The notes: a model not told the origin generated them from the letters alone. Positions 31,775 to 42,458 are shown, counted from the stretch's first letter. The stretch is 64,000 nucleotides of DNA from an uncultured delta proteobacterium (GCA_963753975.1 CAVWEH010000005.1:320001-384000); one strand, 5' to 3'. Translations and numbers: made by a program.

Positions 31775-32797
31775 ATGTTATTTGACGAAAACATTGTATG
31801 TCCAGTAACAGGCGAAGCACTGACTCTCCAGCAAGACAAATGGCTAGTGTCGCCTTCAGGCCGGAAGTATCGAATAATCGATGAAATCCCTTTGATGTTT
31901 GTCGAAGAGGTCGGCTCAATTCCTGCTGAAACGACTAAACTGCCAGACATGGCTGGGAAGGTGACTCATGCCGTACAGAATTTTTACGAAAAAGCGCCTT
32001 TCCCTAATTACAACAGCTTTGATAACATAGCTTCATTCGTGAAACGGGCAGACGCGGGCATTTTTGCGCGTTTACTAAGGCAACAAATTCCGATTAATTC
32101 CAACGTTCTTGAAATTGGGTGTGGTACTGCTCAATTAAGCAATTATCTAGCGGCAACTACGCCCACGCGTATTTACGCAACTGATATGACTTTGGCTTCT
32201 TTGCAATTGGGGCATGATTTCGCGAAATGTAATGGAATTGAAGGTGTTCGGTTTATACAAGCAAACTTGTTTTTGCCTCCGATCAAGCCAGAGTCCATGG
32301 ACATCTTGATAGCAAACGGTGTATTGCACCATACCTATGATACGAAAAAGGCCTTCATGAGCATAAGCCGTCTTGTTAAACCTGGCGGATACATTATCAT
32401 TGGCCTCTACAATCATATTGGCAGGTTGCGCACCGATATCCGCCGCGGTTTGGTAAAGATATTTGGCGAGCGTGTGTTATTTCTCGATCCTCACCTGCGT
32501 AATAATCTGTCTCCGGAAAAGCGCCGTGCCTGGATTAATGACCAATATTATCACCCACAGGAACGAAAGCATTCAATTTCAGAGCTCATGCGGTGGTTTG
32601 ATGAAGCAGGATTTTCTTTTGTATCCTCAATCCCAAAAATTATTGGTGACGTTAGTGATAACGAGCCGCTCTTTGAACCACAAAACCCTGGCACACCTTC
32701 CGATCGCGTTGCCGCTGAAATCGGCATGCTCTTTTCCAGTCTGGGAGGTGAAGGTGGTCTGTTTATTTGCATCGGGCGTCGAAAACCTGCATGCTAA
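31775..32797 (+). CDS. SAM-dependent methyltransferase with N-terminal Trm112-like domain
   Basis: IVCPVTGEAL...YRIIDEIP; FYEKAPFPNY; VLEIGCGTAQ; NGVLHHT. Confidence 0.8.
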   Translation: MLFDENIVCPVTGEALTLQQDKWLVSPSGRKYRIIDEIPLMFVEEVGSIPAETTKLPDMAGKVTHAVQNFYEKAPFPNYNSFDNIASFVKRADAGIFARLLRQQIPINSNVLEIGCGTAQLSNYLAATTPTRIYATDMTLASLQLGHDFAKCNGIEGVRFIQANLFLPPIKPESMDILIANGVLHHTYDTKKAFMSISRLVKPGGYIIIGLYNHIGRLRTDIRRGLVKIFGERVLFLDPHLRNNLSPEKRRAWINDQYYHPQERKHSISELMRWFDEAGFSFVSSIPKIIGDVSDNEPLFEPQNPGTPSDRVAAEIGMLFSSLGGEGGLFICIGRRKPAC

Positions 32798-32838
32798 ACC
32801 ATGGAAAAATATAATTTAGATTAAGAAATCGATTCCGT

Positions 32839-33957
32839 ATGAAAATAGGTATTGATGCCCGACAGCTTTCCCGTCAGTTAACAGGAATGGGACGTTATAC
32901 GCTGGAGACATGCCAAGCGTTATCGAAGATAAAAGGGGTTTCGCTTTATCTGTACAGTCCGGCTGCTCTCCGGTTTGATTTCCGAGGGTTGGAACAAGCA
33001 CATGTCCGGACGAAAAACTGGGATGCGGGAACATTGAGACAGTTTTGGACCGAAACTTTTTTACCTTTCTGGGCTGCCCGTGATGGTGTAGATGTTTTCT
33101 GGGGCCCTGCTCATCGAATACCTCGATTTCTTCCAGACAAAATGGCCAGAGTCGTAACCATCCATGATTTGGTTTGGAAATACGCAGGCAATACGATGCC
33201 CCTGTTGAGGAGGAAACTGGAACAGATTCAAATCCCTTCAGCCATTGCCCATGCGGACTGGATTGTTACAGATGCTTCGGCAACGGCTGATGCATTAAAA
33301 GATGAATATCCTGCAAGTGAAAATAAAATTTCTGTTATTCATCTGGGCGTGACTTATCAGGATTGTCCGATTTCAAAGGAGGTTTTGAAACCGTTGGGGA
33401 TTGATCAGAACTACTTCCTGTTTGTCGGTACGCTGGAGCCGCGAAAAAACCTGCTTCGTTTGCTGACAGCGTATTCGCAGCTTCCCGTATCTATTAAGAA
33501 TAAGGCGCTTCTTGTGATTGCCGGCGGGGAGGGTTGGGGTGGAGTTGATATTAAAAAAACAGTCCGTGAGTTGGATTTGGAAAGACATGTCCGGATAGTG
33601 GGCTATGTCGATGATGCGATGCTTGCTGCGCTTTATAAGAATGCACTTTTTTTGGCGATGCCTTCCCTTTATGAAGGATTCGGTCTGCCTCTTACAGAGG
33701 CGATGGCACATGGCACGCCCGTTTTGACATCGGATAATTCTTCCCTGCCGGAGGTTGCGGGAGAAGCCGGGTTGCTGGTTGATCCGCTGAGTGTGGACTC
33801 CATTCAAAAAGGATTAATGGAGCTGATTTCGAATGATGAGTTGAGAAGCAGACTGGCTTCCCGTGCAAAAGATTCGGCGAAGCGGTTTGATTGGAATGTC
33901 TCGGCGGCCAAACTGGTTGATGTGTTTAAAAAGGCAGTTGATGCCCGCAGAAAATAA
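32839..33957 (+). CDS. GT4 glycosyltransferase (WbdB/WbpY-like)
   Basis: MKIGIDAR...TGMGRY, VGTLEPRKN, PSLYEGFGLPLTEAM. Confidence 0.88.
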   Translation: MKIGIDARQLSRQLTGMGRYTLETCQALSKIKGVSLYLYSPAALRFDFRGLEQAHVRTKNWDAGTLRQFWTETFLPFWAARDGVDVFWGPAHRIPRFLPDKMARVVTIHDLVWKYAGNTMPLLRRKLEQIQIPSAIAHADWIVTDASATADALKDEYPASENKISVIHLGVTYQDCPISKEVLKPLGIDQNYFLFVGTLEPRKNLLRLLTAYSQLPVSIKNKALLVIAGGEGWGGVDIKKTVRELDLERHVRIVGYVDDAMLAALYKNALFLAMPSLYEGFGLPLTEAMAHGTPVLTSDNSSLPEVAGEAGLLVDPLSVDSIQKGLMELISNDELRSRLASRAKDSAKRFDWNVSAAKLVDVFKKAVDARRK

Positions 33958-33961
33958 TGAA

Positions 33962-34033
33962 AAAGGCTTTGGTACGCTACGGGCTGGTGAATCGAGACCT
34001 TTGCCAAGGTCTCGTGCAGCCACGGCGGGCCTT
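33962..34033. other. Long imperfect hairpin centred on cgagacctt-tgcc-aaggtctcg
   Basis: Perfect 9-bp inner stem 33993-34014 with outer ggctg/cagcc and aaaggc/gccttt arms, directly after the GT4 stop. Confidence 0.55.
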
Positions 34034-34136
34034 TGTCGTTCAACATTTCTATTAATAATCTTCCCTTGTTCCAACTATCCTCCGCCGTTTATTTTTAGCC
34101 ATCATTGATGTTATTCCTTTGATAATTATGATATGG

Positions 34137-34217
34137 ACGTCCTGTTCTGTGAGTGGCTGGAACCAACGAATACATAGTTGAAATATCGTGGCACCGCCGA
34201 GAAACCGGCTACTCAAC
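34137..34217 (+). mobile_element. Relic 3' end of a group II intron (partial domain V, domain VI)
   Basis: acgtcctgttctgtgagtggc resembles the domain V 3' half (ACGTCCGGTTCTGTGAGGGG); gagtggctgg pairs with ccggctactc; ends in ctactcaac. Confidence 0.6.
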
Positions 34218-34243
34218 TCAAAATCTGTGAGTGATTTTTAGAA

Positions 34244-35656
34244 ATGTTATTTGATTCGCCTTTGTTTCTGTTTATTTTTTTACCCGTATGTTTTTTGATT
34301 TATTTTTCGGCTGGCAAAAACTACAAGAATCTCGTTTTGCTGGTTATGAGCTTATTGTTTTATGCTTGGGGTGAACCCAGATTTGTTTTTGTCGCTATTG
34401 CATCTTCCCTGCTTGATTTGCTTTTAGGGAAAATGATTTATTTATCACAGAATGGTTTTAATAAACGGGTTGCGCTTACACTAGGACTTTTATCAAACAT
34501 TGGTGTTCTCGTATACTATAAGTATGTAAATTTTATTTTTAGCAACATCAATCATTTATTATCGTACTTGCATCTTAATCCCATTCTATTAACATCCATT
34601 GTATTACCGATTGGCGTATCTTTTATTGTTTTTGGAAAAATCACTTATCTTGTTGATATCTACCGTGGCGTGTGCTCTCCAGCTCAAAAAGTCACTTCGT
34701 ATTTTACATATGTATTTTTGTTTCCCAAGTTACTAGCGGGACCGATTGTAAAATACCATGAAATCGAAGGACAAATAAGCGAAAGAAAAAGCAGTCTCAA
34801 CGATATTTCACTCGGCGTATGTCGTTTCTCATGGGGATTGGCAAAAAAGGTATTTATTGCTGATACTCTGGGAGCTTTAGTGGATCTCATTTTCAAACTT
34901 CCCGCAAATGAGCTCGGTTTATTAAATTCCTGGTTAGGCGCGATCTGTTTTGCTGTACAAATCTACTTTGACTTTTCCGCCTATTCGGATATGGCAATCG
35001 GATTGGCAAGAATCATGGGATTCCGTATCTTAGAAAATTTTAATATGCCCTATATTTCTTCGAATTTTACGGAGTTTTGGAGAAGATGGCACATCTCCTT
35101 ATCCACGTGGATCAAGAACTATCTGTACATTCCTTTGGGCGGAAACCGTTGTTCCAAACCAAGGATGTATTTTAATTTATGGTTTTGTTTTCTTTTGTGT
35201 GGGTTATGGCATGGTGCGAGCTGGACTTTTGTACTTTGGGGAGTTTATCATGGTATTTTTCTTGTAACTGATAAAATGTTTGCTCTACGAATTCAGGAAA
35301 AGCTCCCCCGGATATTCAATGTTGCAGTAACCTTCATTCTTGTTACGATAGGTTGGGTAATCTTCCGTTCCGGCAGTTTTGAGCAAATGAGTTACTACCT
35401 TACTGCAATGTTCAATCCCGGCGTATTGCAGGGGAGATTTATATTTGTCGCCAATGATAGTAAATTCTTTTTGGCATTAGGATTATTTCTTATCTTCTTT
35501 CCGCTTACGAATACCTATTCGAAACTTAAAAGGTTTTATCTTAAGGTTACCGTTAGTCGAAAACTGGAAATTATTGTAGCTTCTGTTTTTTTATTTTTAT
35601 CGATATTGCGAATTTCGACGTCCACCTTTAACCCGTTTCTGTATTTCAGGTTCTAA
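34244..35656 (+). CDS. MBOAT O-acetyltransferase (AlgI/PatA-like)
   Basis: LLFYAWGEP, LPIGVSF, QIYFDFSAYSDMAIG, FWRRWHISLS, GLWHGA, FLYFRF. Confidence 0.92.
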   Translation: MLFDSPLFLFIFLPVCFLIYFSAGKNYKNLVLLVMSLLFYAWGEPRFVFVAIASSLLDLLLGKMIYLSQNGFNKRVALTLGLLSNIGVLVYYKYVNFIFSNINHLLSYLHLNPILLTSIVLPIGVSFIVFGKITYLVDIYRGVCSPAQKVTSYFTYVFLFPKLLAGPIVKYHEIEGQISERKSSLNDISLGVCRFSWGLAKKVFIADTLGALVDLIFKLPANELGLLNSWLGAICFAVQIYFDFSAYSDMAIGLARIMGFRILENFNMPYISSNFTEFWRRWHISLSTWIKNYLYIPLGGNRCSKPRMYFNLWFCFLLCGLWHGASWTFVLWGVYHGIFLVTDKMFALRIQEKLPRIFNVAVTFILVTIGWVIFRSGSFEQMSYYLTAMFNPGVLQGRFIFVANDSKFFLALGLFLIFFPLTNTYSKLKRFYLKVTVSRKLEIIVASVFLFLSILRISTSTFNPFLYFRF

Positions 35657-35667
35657 CGTTCCGCTGG

Positions 35668-36852
35668 ATGGTGTATTTAATGATTAACCGAATACAAAAA
35701 ATAATGATTAGTCTAATTGTCGTTTCAATGATTGCTCCTTGTTTTTTCAACTTCATTCATATGATAATACCCATCAAAAGATTCACTTATTCCAGTCTGG
35801 CAGGCATCACTTTATCGGAAAAGGAACCTCATTTTACTATCGATTCCTGGATTAGTGGAAAATATCAGGAACAATTCACCAACTGGTTTAATCAACGTTT
35901 TGGGCTGAGAGAGATTTTTATACGGTTAAATAATCAGATCTATTATATTTTATTTGATAAATCTTATATGTACAATCAAAGCATTATTATCGGAAAACAA
36001 AAGCAGCTTTATGAACGGGAATATATCGATGATTATACAAAGCACGTCGTTCCTATGACGCCTATTCAAATGAACAATTTGGTTGAGCAAATCGCCGATG
36101 TCCAAAATCTATTCAAAAAACACGGAGTCCCATTTCTAGTTTTAATTACTCCGAGCAAAGCATACACTTATCCCGAATATATTCCTGATTCTTTTTTCGA
36201 TAACCCGATTAGCCAACAAAGAAATTATGATCTCATTCTTCCGTTATTAGATCAGTATAGGGTCAATTATATCGACGGCCAGAAAATAACGCTAGAGGCA
36301 AAAAGGACTGTGACGTATCCTTTATTCTGTCAAGGCAGTACACATTGGAATTATTTAGGCGCCTATTACACTATAGTTCCTTTAATAACTAAAATCGAAG
36401 CCCTTGCTAAAAAGAGCGTTCCCCATATTCAATTAAGCAAAGTGCAGGTCGATACTAATCCTATAGGCTGGGATAAAGATCTAGCGTCATTACTTAATTT
36501 AGTGATTATTCCCTCTCACTATATCACGCCGCATCCGGTTTTCAAAACCACCGCGAGCAAGGGGAGTTATGAAAATAATGTCGTTTTTGTCGGCGGCAGT
36601 TTTACACAGACTATTATTGACATTTTATGGGAGAATAAAATATTCAATCAAATTGACTACTATTATTATTACAAAATAAATCGTTCTGTTTATCCTAAAA
36701 ACAAAGAAAAAAGCATTCATAATGTGAACAACATCAACTGGAATAATGACTTTCTAAAAAAAGATGCCATCGTTTTGGAAATAAATGAAGCAAGCTTTTA
36801 TGGAAATCATATCACGGAATTTGTTAAAGACGCATTAAACCGCTTACGATAA
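35668..36852 (+). CDS. AlgJ/AlgX-like SGNH O-acetyltransferase partner
   Basis: N-terminal TM, FNQRFGLRE, LITPSKAYTYPEY, STHWNYLGA; directly downstream of the MBOAT gene. Confidence 0.7.
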   Translation: MVYLMINRIQKIMISLIVVSMIAPCFFNFIHMIIPIKRFTYSSLAGITLSEKEPHFTIDSWISGKYQEQFTNWFNQRFGLREIFIRLNNQIYYILFDKSYMYNQSIIIGKQKQLYEREYIDDYTKHVVPMTPIQMNNLVEQIADVQNLFKKHGVPFLVLITPSKAYTYPEYIPDSFFDNPISQQRNYDLILPLLDQYRVNYIDGQKITLEAKRTVTYPLFCQGSTHWNYLGAYYTIVPLITKIEALAKKSVPHIQLSKVQVDTNPIGWDKDLASLLNLVIIPSHYITPHPVFKTTASKGSYENNVVFVGGSFTQTIIDILWENKIFNQIDYYYYYKINRSVYPKNKEKSIHNVNNINWNNDFLKKDAIVLEINEASFYGNHITEFVKDALNRLR

Positions 36853-36904
36853 CTATTCTCATAGCTGATAGTTCATAAAAGATAACTACAAGCTATGAGT
36901 TTTC

Positions 36905-38326
36905 TTATCGCGCTCCCTCTTTTTTTAACACCACATATATGGTTTTTATAAGGATTACGATATCGAGCCACAAATTCCAGTTTCTTACATACCATGAATC
37001 GAGGGCTAGGCGTCGTTCATGTGAGGAATCGCTCCTTCCACTCACCTGCCATAACCCCGTTATTCCCGGCTGCACGCAATTGATGGTTTCGCTATACTCT
37101 TTTAGCCAACTCCATTCACGCGGGATGTATGGCCGGGGACCGACAAAACTCATATCGCCTTTCAGAACATTTATTATCTGCGGCATTTCATCCAAAGAAG
37201 TCTCTCGTAAAAACATTCCAAACGCGGTAACCCGCGGATCATTTTTCAGTTTCCAGTAAGTCTCCCATTCCTTTTTTGCTTCAGGATTATTAGCCAGGAT
37301 TATCTTTAGCCGTTCATCAGCATCATAATACATAGTTCTAAATTTGTAACAAATGAACAGCCTGTGGTTTTTTCCGATGCGCTCCTGTTTGAGAATAGCG
37401 GGGCCTCTGGTGGTGAATCTGATTAGAAGAGAAATAATCCCGATGGGGATGATGAGCAGAATAAAAAAGAAAATGCCGAATAAATAATCGAAGAATCGTT
37501 TGGTATAATAATTGAGCGGCTGTGCCAAATTATTCTTGATTTCGAGAGCAAAAGCCTGATCCTGAAAGAAGTGACGAAGTTCGGTTCCCATAACCACTAT
37601 CCCGGAAAAATCGGGAAAGTAGAGAATGCTCGCCGCCTTATGTTGCAGACGGTTAACTAAATGAGCGAGCTGCTCTTTATCGAATTCAGGTAGCGCGATC
37701 ACTACATCCTGGACATCGCAGTTTTTCAGATAGCGTTCCATGCACTCCATGTGGCCATGTACTTTAATCCCTTCAAAGTATCGTTTTTTTATCTTCGCCA
37801 GATCATCGACAAAGCCGATAACCCGGTAGCCGAGGTTTTTCTCTTTGAGCAGGGCGTTGAGGGCAAGACGTCCCGTATCGTTTGCGCCAAGAATAAGTAC
37901 CTTATTCGTCGTGACGCCTAATTTGACGAGCCCTCGTTTAACCGCTGTTCTCAATAAGGGAAATATAATCAGGGACAACAAGCCGACGATGATTACGATG
38001 GTTCTCGATACGATATTGCCCATTTTGCCAAGAAAAAAAACAGCAAGAATAGCGAGCGTTGAAAAGAGAGTAACCTTCCAGAGCATCCTAACTTCATCCC
38101 AGAAAGAAAACTTCCTGGTATATGCTCCTTCGTATGTCAAAATCGATATCCATATCGGAAAAAACCACCAGCTGTAATTGATTTTTATCGACAAAGCGGG
38201 AAATCCGGAGATGATGGAGGGAAGAAAAGTACGAATAAAAACGGCCAGAACGACAATAAAAAAAAGAATAACAAGATCCGATAAGAATAAGATAATTATA
38301 CCCAATCTTCGCCTGTATGAACGCAT
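36905..38326 (-). CDS. wbaP: Undecaprenyl-phosphate hexose-1-phosphate transferase (WbaP family)
   Basis: Four N-terminal TMs; [40 protein letters not shown]. Confidence 0.85.
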   Translation of the reverse strand: MRSYRRRLGIIILFLSDLVILFFIVVLAVFIRTFLPSIISGFPALSIKINYSWWFFPIWISILTYEGAYTRKFSFWDEVRMLWKVTLFSTLAILAVFFLGKMGNIVSRTIVIIVGLLSLIIFPLLRTAVKRGLVKLGVTTNKVLILGANDTGRLALNALLKEKNLGYRVIGFVDDLAKIKKRYFEGIKVHGHMECMERYLKNCDVQDVVIALPEFDKEQLAHLVNRLQHKAASILYFPDFSGIVVMGTELRHFFQDQAFALEIKNNLAQPLNYYTKRFFDYLFGIFFFILLIIPIGIISLLIRFTTRGPAILKQERIGKNHRLFICYKFRTMYYDADERLKIILANNPEAKKEWETYWKLKNDPRVTAFGMFLRETSLDEMPQIINVLKGDMSFVGPRPYIPREWSWLKEYSETINCVQPGITGLWQVSGRSDSSHERRLALDSWYVRNWNLWLDIVILIKTIYVVLKKEGAR

Positions 38327-38568
38327 CAAGAATTCCTTCCAAATAGCTTGATCATTAGCGATTTTGCATAGTAACAGATTGCACGATCACATATCACAGG
38401 CCGGCCGGAAAGACAAGGCATGTGACGTCCTCACAGATGCCAGTTGATTATTTTATTGACAATATGGAGTTATTTGACAGTTTATTTTTTGAGGGAGGAC
38501 ATGTCTTAAAAAAGGCGCTATGCAGCTGTTTTAGTTCTGTAAGATCGAGCAATTTCCAGCTGCACTAT

Positions 38569-38745
38569 TTACTTCTCTCGTAATTTTTTTGCCTCTTCCA
38601 CAAGCATGATGGGAATATCATTTTTGACTTCATACAGCAATTTGCACTGATTACAAATTATACCGCCGAGTTTTTCATCCCACTTCACAGTGCCGTGGCA
38701 TTGCGGACACGCCAGAATCTCCAAAAGCTTCTTGTTTAAAGCCAT
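38569..38745 (-). CDS. Trm112-family (YcaR/UPF0434) 58-aa protein, not in the ORF track
   Basis: MALNKKLLEILACPQCHG...CNQCKLLYEVKNDIPIMLVEEAKKLREK*. Confidence 0.88.
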   Translation of the reverse strand: MALNKKLLEILACPQCHGTVKWDEKLGGIICNQCKLLYEVKNDIPIMLVEEAKKLREK

Positions 38746-38748
38746 TTC

Positions 38749-39777
38749 TCACTCCTTCCTTAATTTTTTCTCAATAGCAGCAAAGACTTGCTCAGGTAAA
38801 ATATCCTTCATACATTTTCTTGTCGAACATTTTTTTAAAAAGCAGGGACTGCAAGGTAGCCCCGCCGTTATAATTATATGCTCTTTACCATACGGTCCGG
38901 TTCGTGCCGGATCCGTAGGCCCGAAAAGAGCAATGACCGGTGTTCCCACTGCAGCGGCCAGATGCATCGGCCCGGAATCGGTTGTTATCACCATTTGCGC
39001 TTTTTTATAAAGATAGGCGAGATCAAGAAGTGAAGTTTCTCCGCCTAAATTAATTCCTTCCGTAGTCATTCTTGAAGTTATTCCTTCGATGGACGCCTTT
39101 TCGCTTCCCGTAAAAACAACTTTTAGATTCAGCTTCTCTTTAATCAGATCAGCCAAGCCAGCAAATTTTTCATTATCCCAGAGTTTTGTTTTCCAATAAG
39201 CAATAGGATTAATCACAATAAATTTTTTATCATCCAACTTGTATTTACTCATTAAGAGATTAATTTTTACTTCGGCATCGTTGTTTTGAGGTAGAATAAA
39301 TTCAACATTATCTGTCTTCGCGCCCAGATAGCGTGGAAAATCCAGGTAGCGATCAACCGCATGTTTATTCATATCTTCGGGGATTTTTTCATTAAGAAAT
39401 AAGCCGCTTAATTCCTGCAATGAATCATACCCCAGTTTTCGTTTCCCTCGACTAAAAAAAACAATAACGGAACTTTTAAAAAGGCCGTGGAAATCAATCA
39501 CCAGATCGTAGCGCCGCCGTTGCAGTTCTTTTATCAATGAGTTTATGTCGAACAAGGGCTTAAAAATTTTACCCTTTTGAATATCTTTGGACCAGCTTTT
39601 ACGCCGGGAAATTAAAACCGCATCCAGATAAGGGTGGTTCTGGACTAAATCCGCCGCCGCTTCTTCGACAATCCAGGTTATATGGGCGTCGGGATAGAGA
39701 CGGCGCAATGCGGCAAGCGATGGCAGAGTGTGAATGACATCACCGATGGCGCTTAATTTGACGATTAATATATTCAA
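38749..39777 (-). CDS. waaC: LPS heptosyltransferase (GT9, WaaC-like)
   Basis: ILIVKLSAIGDVIHTLP, DSGPMHLAAA, LFGPTDP. Confidence 0.75.
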   Translation of the reverse strand: MNILIVKLSAIGDVIHTLPSLAALRRLYPDAHITWIVEEAAADLVQNHPYLDAVLISRRKSWSKDIQKGKIFKPLFDINSLIKELQRRRYDLVIDFHGLFKSSVIVFFSRGKRKLGYDSLQELSGLFLNEKIPEDMNKHAVDRYLDFPRYLGAKTDNVEFILPQNNDAEVKINLLMSKYKLDDKKFIVINPIAYWKTKLWDNEKFAGLADLIKEKLNLKVVFTGSEKASIEGITSRMTTEGINLGGETSLLDLAYLYKKAQMVITTDSGPMHLAAAVGTPVIALFGPTDPARTGPYGKEHIIITAGLPCSPCFLKKCSTRKCMKDILPEQVFAAIEKKLRKE

Positions 39778-39793
39778 CCTTATACCTCTTAAT

Positions 39794-39895
39794 AGCTGAA
39801 AAATGGCTCAGGCGGAGAGTTTCAGCTTTTGCAGCGAAACAAAAATGCATGGTCGAAAAAGGATTCTGGGCGCGAATGAGCCCATTTTTAAAGCT
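39794..39895. mobile_element. ~100-bp MITE-like element with imperfect terminal inverted repeats
   Basis: agctgaaaaatggctca ... tgagcccatttttaaagct fills the gmhB-waaC gap of an otherwise tightly packed operon. Confidence 0.5.
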
Positions 39896-39896
39896 C

Positions 39897-40484
39897 TCAC
39901 CCTCTATCCTTTAATATCCACTGCACTGCTTCCAATATGTCTTCCGCAATAAATTCCGGTTTCCCCTCCGGCGTTGCCTCATCCGGACCATCATCCTGCA
40001 ATAAACCTCGACCGAATCCCGTTTTTACTAAAATCCCCCTGACTCCCACCTTTTTGCCCGCTTCCATATCGCGGAACCTGTCACCTATCAAGTAAGACTG
40101 CGTCAAATCAATATTTAATTCCCGGGCCGCAGTTAACAACATGCCCGGCGCCGGCTTGCGGCAGCTGCACACCTGCCGGTAAATTCCTATTCCTTCAGTA
40201 GGATGATGCGGGCAATAATAAAATTTATCTATGCTTGCACCCATCCGATGCAGATTGGCTTGCAGACGCTCATTAATTAAATTTACAAACTCTTCCGTGA
40301 AAAATCCCTTAGCCACACCGGCTTGGTTAGTAATCACCACTACTTTCATTTCATTCAAATTAATCAATCTGATTGCTTCATAGGCGCTGGGAATTACTTT
40401 TAGTTTATCCAGGCTATCCAGATATCCAACTTCTTCATTGATCGTTCCGTCCCTGTCGAGAAATACAGCAATGTTCTTTTTCAT
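39897..40484 (-). CDS. gmhB: D-glycero-D-manno-heptose 1,7-bisphosphate phosphatase
   Basis: FLDRDGTIN, TNQAG, YCPHHP, CRKPAPGM, IGDR. Confidence 0.92.
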   Translation of the reverse strand: MKKNIAVFLDRDGTINEEVGYLDSLDKLKVIPSAYEAIRLINLNEMKVVVITNQAGVAKGFFTEEFVNLINERLQANLHRMGASIDKFYYCPHHPTEGIGIYRQVCSCRKPAPGMLLTAARELNIDLTQSYLIGDRFRDMEAGKKVGVRGILVKTGFGRGLLQDDGPDEATPEGKPEFIAEDILEAVQWILKDRG

Positions 40485-41548
40485 TAAATTAAATTCCTGT
40501 TATTATTTAACAGATTTTGCGCGGCCGCAAAAACATTTTCTACGGAAATCAGTTTCATACAGCGGAAATCATCCGGGCATGTTTCTTTCAGGCAGGGACT
40601 ACACGATACATCCTTACGGACGATGGTGAAACTATTCCCCGCAGGTGACGTAGTTATATGGTTGGTTGAGCCAAAAATGGCAACGGTCGGAATACTCAGC
40701 GCGCCGGCTATATGCATTAGCCCGGAATCATTACTGATGAAAAGACGGCATTGGGAAATTAAATAAATGGCTTCCCGCAGAGTAGTTTTGCCGGCAAGGT
40801 TAATCAAATCTGTGTGCGCCAGCCTTTGGACTTCTTGCGCTGTTTGCTCATCAGTTTTGCCACCCAGCAGGATTATCTGCAAAGAGTGATTTTCATTGAG
40901 CTTGTCCGCCACAGAGGCAAATCTATCGGGAAACCATCTTTTAGCCGGTCCATAAGTAGCACCCGGGGCAATGCCGATTATTACCTTATCTTTTCCAGGT
41001 ATAAATTTGCGGCAAATGCTTTGCGCATTAAAACGATTAATCTTCGTTTCCAGATGCAATTCCCGGCCGGCAGAAACACACCCTAAAGCCTTGACCATTT
41101 CCAGGTAATAATCAATTTGGTGAACTTTTTTTATCCTTTTGGTGCGCTTCACGCCATGGGTTAAAAGAAGGCCGCGGCCATCCGAACTGTAGCCGGCGCG
41201 AAGCGGTATTCCGGCGGCGAAGGAAATTATCGCCGCTTCGATGGCGTTTTGTAAAAGTATCGCCGCATCGAATTTCTTTTTTCTAAGCCTGTGTGCGAGC
41301 TTAAATACCCCGATGGGATTATCTAATTTGCTTTCATAAATTATCACTTCATCCACAGCGGAAAAAAGGTCATAAATATCCGCCACCCATGGTTTTACAA
41401 GTACGGCAATGTGAGCGCAAGGATAATTGACGCGAATGGCGGCAACTGCCGGCAATGTTAAAACGGCATCGCCAATCCAGTTGGTTCCACGAATCAAAAT
41501 TCTATTTATACCTTGTTTCGGCAATTTCTTTGTTTTTTTTGACTTCAA
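40484..41548 (-). CDS. waaF: LPS heptosyltransferase II
   Basis: NWIGDAVL, APGATYGPAKRW, NDSGLMHIA, IFGST. Confidence 0.88.
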   Translation of the reverse strand: MKSKKTKKLPKQGINRILIRGTNWIGDAVLTLPAVAAIRVNYPCAHIAVLVKPWVADIYDLFSAVDEVIIYESKLDNPIGVFKLAHRLRKKKFDAAILLQNAIEAAIISFAAGIPLRAGYSSDGRGLLLTHGVKRTKRIKKVHQIDYYLEMVKALGCVSAGRELHLETKINRFNAQSICRKFIPGKDKVIIGIAPGATYGPAKRWFPDRFASVADKLNENHSLQIILLGGKTDEQTAQEVQRLAHTDLINLAGKTTLREAIYLISQCRLFISNDSGLMHIAGALSIPTVAIFGSTNHITTSPAGNSFTIVRKDVSCSPCLKETCPDDFRCMKLISVENVFAAAQNLLNNNRNLI

Positions 41549-41563
41549 TGACTTATCCTTTTT

Positions 41564-42430
41564 TTACTTTACCTGGCAGAGCTTTGTCTTCCAGCGCTGA
41601 TGCAGCCAAAGCCATTGTTCCGGATATTTACGAACATGATCTTCAATAATTTTGGTATAGTTTTGCGTATTCACCAATACGTCTCTATCACGATTGCCGG
41701 TATTTACTGTCTCTACTCTGGGACCAATCTGTGTTAAATATTTGCCGTTTGGCATTCGTGTTGTAAATATCGGCAAAACCGGCGCTGCGGTGTGCAGGGC
41801 CATAAGTGCTAATCCGAAGGTTGTACAGGCTGGGCGTCCAAAAAAATTAACAAAAATTCCTTCATAAACGGAGACGTTCTGATCAATCAGCAATTTAACA
41901 GCTTCTCTTTTTTTCAACAGGCGGAGCATTGGCCGCATGGCATTTTCCTTGTGTATGTTGCCAATACCCAAAGAGGCGCGCGCATAGGTGCTGCCTTCCT
42001 CCAGAAAAGCGCTGTCCAGAATGCGAGTCATAAATACCGGAGGTTTGGACAATATCGCCAATGCGGCATTGCCAATCTCCCAGTTGCCGAAATGAGCGCT
42101 GAAAAGCAAAACGCCCTTGCCTTCGCGGCAGGCTTCTTCATAATGATCCAGTCCTTTGACGGAAACCCATCGATGCAGATTATCCTTATTCAGATAAAGA
42201 ATATCGGAAAACTCCACCAGCGTTACGGCAAAGTTCGCATAGGAAGCTTTGGCGATTCTCAAAATTTTGTTCAAAGATTTTCCGGGAAATGATCGCGTTA
42301 GATTATGAATGGCGATCAGTTTGTGCTTAAGGGATAGATAATAAAGTAACCTAGACAACCCAATGGCAGTCGTTCGTCTGACAGATAGCGGTATGATACG
42401 AAATATGACTTTTGCAATTTTTATCTTCAT
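41564..42430 (-). CDS. lpxL: Lipid A late acyltransferase (LpxL/HtrB family)
   Basis: AHFGNWE, LIDQN, PEQWLWLHQRWK. Confidence 0.85.
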   Translation of the reverse strand: MKIKIAKVIFRIIPLSVRRTTAIGLSRLLYYLSLKHKLIAIHNLTRSFPGKSLNKILRIAKASYANFAVTLVEFSDILYLNKDNLHRWVSVKGLDHYEEACREGKGVLLFSAHFGNWEIGNAALAILSKPPVFMTRILDSAFLEEGSTYARASLGIGNIHKENAMRPMLRLLKKREAVKLLIDQNVSVYEGIFVNFFGRPACTTFGLALMALHTAAPVLPIFTTRMPNGKYLTQIGPRVETVNTGNRDRDVLVNTQNYTKIIEDHVRKYPEQWLWLHQRWKTKLCQVK

Positions 42431-42458
42431 ACGATTTTACGATTCACTTTATTTTCAT

